DNA from: Candidatus Thorarchaeota archaeon
Lineage (GTDB): Archaea; Asgardarchaeota; Thorarchaeia; Thorarchaeales; Thorarchaeaceae
Direction: 5' to 3'
Assembly: GCA_963726195.1 (NCBI GenBank)
Contig: CAVSBO010000004.1
Coordinates: 320,001-384,000 of the forward strand
Length of the DNA: 64,000 nucleotides
The notes beneath the pieces are model-generated. The model worked only from the letters and a program-made list of their open reading frames with translations. It ran no database searches and had not been told where the DNA came from. The translations under genes and the position numbers were made by a program. Positions 62,337 through 64,000 of the stretch are shown here, one piece after another (the first letter of the stretch is position 1; every line of letters starts with the position of its first letter).

Positions 62337-62999
62337 CTATTCCAACTTCGTGCTTTTTAGCAGAATTGACAGGGGAATATCGAAATGCTGCCCGGTTGGT
62401 AGGGTTCTTCTCACGGTCATGGGAAGTGCACCTGCCTTCAGTTCAGCCTCAGCGAGGGCAAACAGTCCTTTCGGGGCAGTGCTCATATCGATGAGTACGG
62501 GGGCGCCCATTGATATCTGAAGTGCACGAGCACCAATCACTCTGGCTCTCTCGTACTTCGTCAACCACTTCGGACCGATCTCTATACCCATCTCTTTCTT
62601 CTCTCTGTCATACCCGGTCTGCAATGACGCGACTTCGTCCTCGTGAGCCAGCTCGGTTGCAGGAGGCAGTTCTACCTTTTCGGGTTCGGCATCGGTGCTC
62701 TTCTTGCGTTTAGCCTTCTTGCCCTTCTCTTCCGCTTCGGCCGCGGACTCCTCCAAGAAGGACTTTGCTTCGTTGATTATGACCTCTGCCTTTGCCTCGC
62801 TCAGACCAGGAACTGCACCAGCTAGCGTTTCGGCATCCACTGCAGCAATCTTCTCGACATCGCCGTAACCGGCAGCTGCAAGCTTCTCAGCAGTCTTTGG
62901 TCCCACGCCGGGAATCTTGGTCAGGACGAAAGACCGTTCTGGTTCTTCCTCGATGAACTCCTCGTTCTCGTTCTCTTCCGGGTCGAAGTCTTCTGCCAT
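62337..62999 (-). CDS. rpo6: RNA polymerase subunit Rpo6/K with N-terminal acidic tail and HhH domain
   Basis: [22 protein letters not shown] core; N-terminal [21 protein letters not shown]. Confidence 0.93.
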   Translation of the reverse strand: MAEDFDPEENENEEFIEEEPERSFVLTKIPGVGPKTAEKLAAAGYGDVEKIAAVDAETLAGAVPGLSEAKAEVIINEAKSFLEESAAEAEEKGKKAKRKKSTDAEPEKVELPPATELAHEDEVASLQTGYDREKKEMGIEIGPKWLTKYERARVIGARALQISMGAPVLIDMSTAPKGLFALAEAELKAGALPMTVRRTLPTGQHFDIPLSILLKSTKLE

Positions 63000-63032
63000 T
63001 AGTCGCACCTTTTCGTCATACCAACGGGGTCT

Positions 63033-64000
63033 CTAGTCTTGGTCGAGTTCCCTATCGTGTTCTCCCTTGCCCTTGCCGCCCGGAGAGCCCATTCCCTTCT
63101 TGCCTTTGGAGCTAATCACATCGTCGATTTTCAGAATCATCTGTGAGGCCTCTGCGGCAGAAGCGATAACTTGCCTCTTGACAAGTGTTGGTTCAATGAC
63201 GCGAGATTTCTTCATGTCGCCAACCTTCCCCTTTTCAACGTCGATTCCGAATGTGACCTTGCCTTCGGAGTGTGCCGTTCTAAGGTCAACAAGCGTATCA
63301 ATTGGTTCGAGGCCAGCGTTCTCCGCAAGCGTTGCAGGGATAGACTCTATTGCATCTGCGAACGAGTTCACAGCGTACTGCTCTCTTCCTTCGAGAGTCG
63401 ATGCCAACTGACGGAGCTTCATGGCTACCTCGGTCTCGACTGCACCTCCTCCGTAGTTAATCTTCGGGTACTTCATGACATCACGCACAACCCAAAGAGC
63501 ATCGTTCACGACACGGTCAACTTCGTCGACAACGTGTTGAGTGCCACCCCTGATTAGGATGGTTACTGCTGATGAGAATGGCGTTCCCTCGACGAAGACC
63601 ATTTTGTCATCGCCGATTTTCCTCTGCTCAACGAGCTTTGCTTTTCCGAGGTCTGCCTTAGTGAGCATGTGAATCTTTGAAACGATCGCAGCTCCTGTGG
63701 CCTTGTGAAGTCTCTCCACATCTGACTTCTTGATTCTTCTAACGGCTAGGATACCATTCTTGGCAAGATAGTGCTGGGCCACGTCATCAATCCCTTTCTG
63801 GCAGATTACGACGTTCGCTCCTGATTCAATGACTTTGTCAACCATGGTCTTGAGAAGTCTCTCCTCCTCACCAAGGAAGTCCTGCATCGACTGAGGATCA
63901 TGAATCGCAATCTTGGCCGTGATCTCTGTCTTTGTAATCTCGAGTGGACACTCCAAGAGAGCTATCCGGGCCGCTTCCACCTTTGTTGGCATACCCGGAT
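63033..64000 (-). CDS. ths: thermosome (group II chaperonin) subunit, 5' end outside the window
   Basis: CQKGIDD, GGGAVE, TLAENAG, ILKIDDVI. Confidence 0.95.
   Translation of the reverse strand, partial: PGMPTKVEAARIALLECPLEITKTEITAKIAIHDPQSMQDFLGEEERLLKTMVDKVIESGANVVICQKGIDDVAQHYLAKNGILAVRRIKKSDVERLHKATGAAIVSKIHMLTKADLGKAKLVEQRKIGDDKMVFVEGTPFSSAVTILIRGGTQHVVDEVDRVVNDALWVVRDVMKYPKINYGGGAVETEVAMKLRQLASTLEGREQYAVNSFADAIESIPATLAENAGLEPIDTLVDLRTAHSEGKVTFGIDVEKGKVGDMKKSRVIEPTLVKRQVIASAAEASQMILKIDDVISSKGKKGMGSPGGKGKGEHDRELDQD

Noticed and set aside
1-64000. Many overlapping antisense or alternate-frame ORFs; CRISPR, tRNA, rRNA, IS elements
   Set aside because: The shadow ORFs overlap well-supported genes and lack motifs; by eye I found no repeat-spacer array, cloverleaf, rRNA signature or transposase.

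Overview
Archaeal chromosomal segment, most consistent with an Asgard archaeon (Thorarchaeia-like; inferred from gene content and style, not verified). Archaeal markers include a thermosome subunit, Rpo6, a MEMO1 protein, a RecJ/GAN-type DHH nuclease, TATA-type promoters and a 7TM-longin-like fusion. The window holds about 52 genes, mostly housekeeping or accessory. I could not support any rRNA, tRNA, CRISPR array or transposase. Main points: (1) about 12 apparent frameshifts or in-frame TGA stops cluster at the palindrome AGCT, which suggests methylation-induced base-calling errors rather than real pseudogenes; (2) a uvrB-uvrA-uvrA'-uvrC operon with two divergent full-length UvrA genes, possibly a heterodimer; (3) an unannotated 30-57 aa hyper-acidic, aromatic-punctuated microprotein ending DFDEDW; (4) a eukaryote-style PRMT-like methyltransferase hidden by two frameshifts; (5) a DtxR-FeoA/feoB operon with two palindromic operators flanking its TATA box; (6) tandem membrane-anchored M23 peptidases upstream of paralogous Cys-rich membrane proteins; (7) Rpo6 fused to an acidic tail and an HhH domain.
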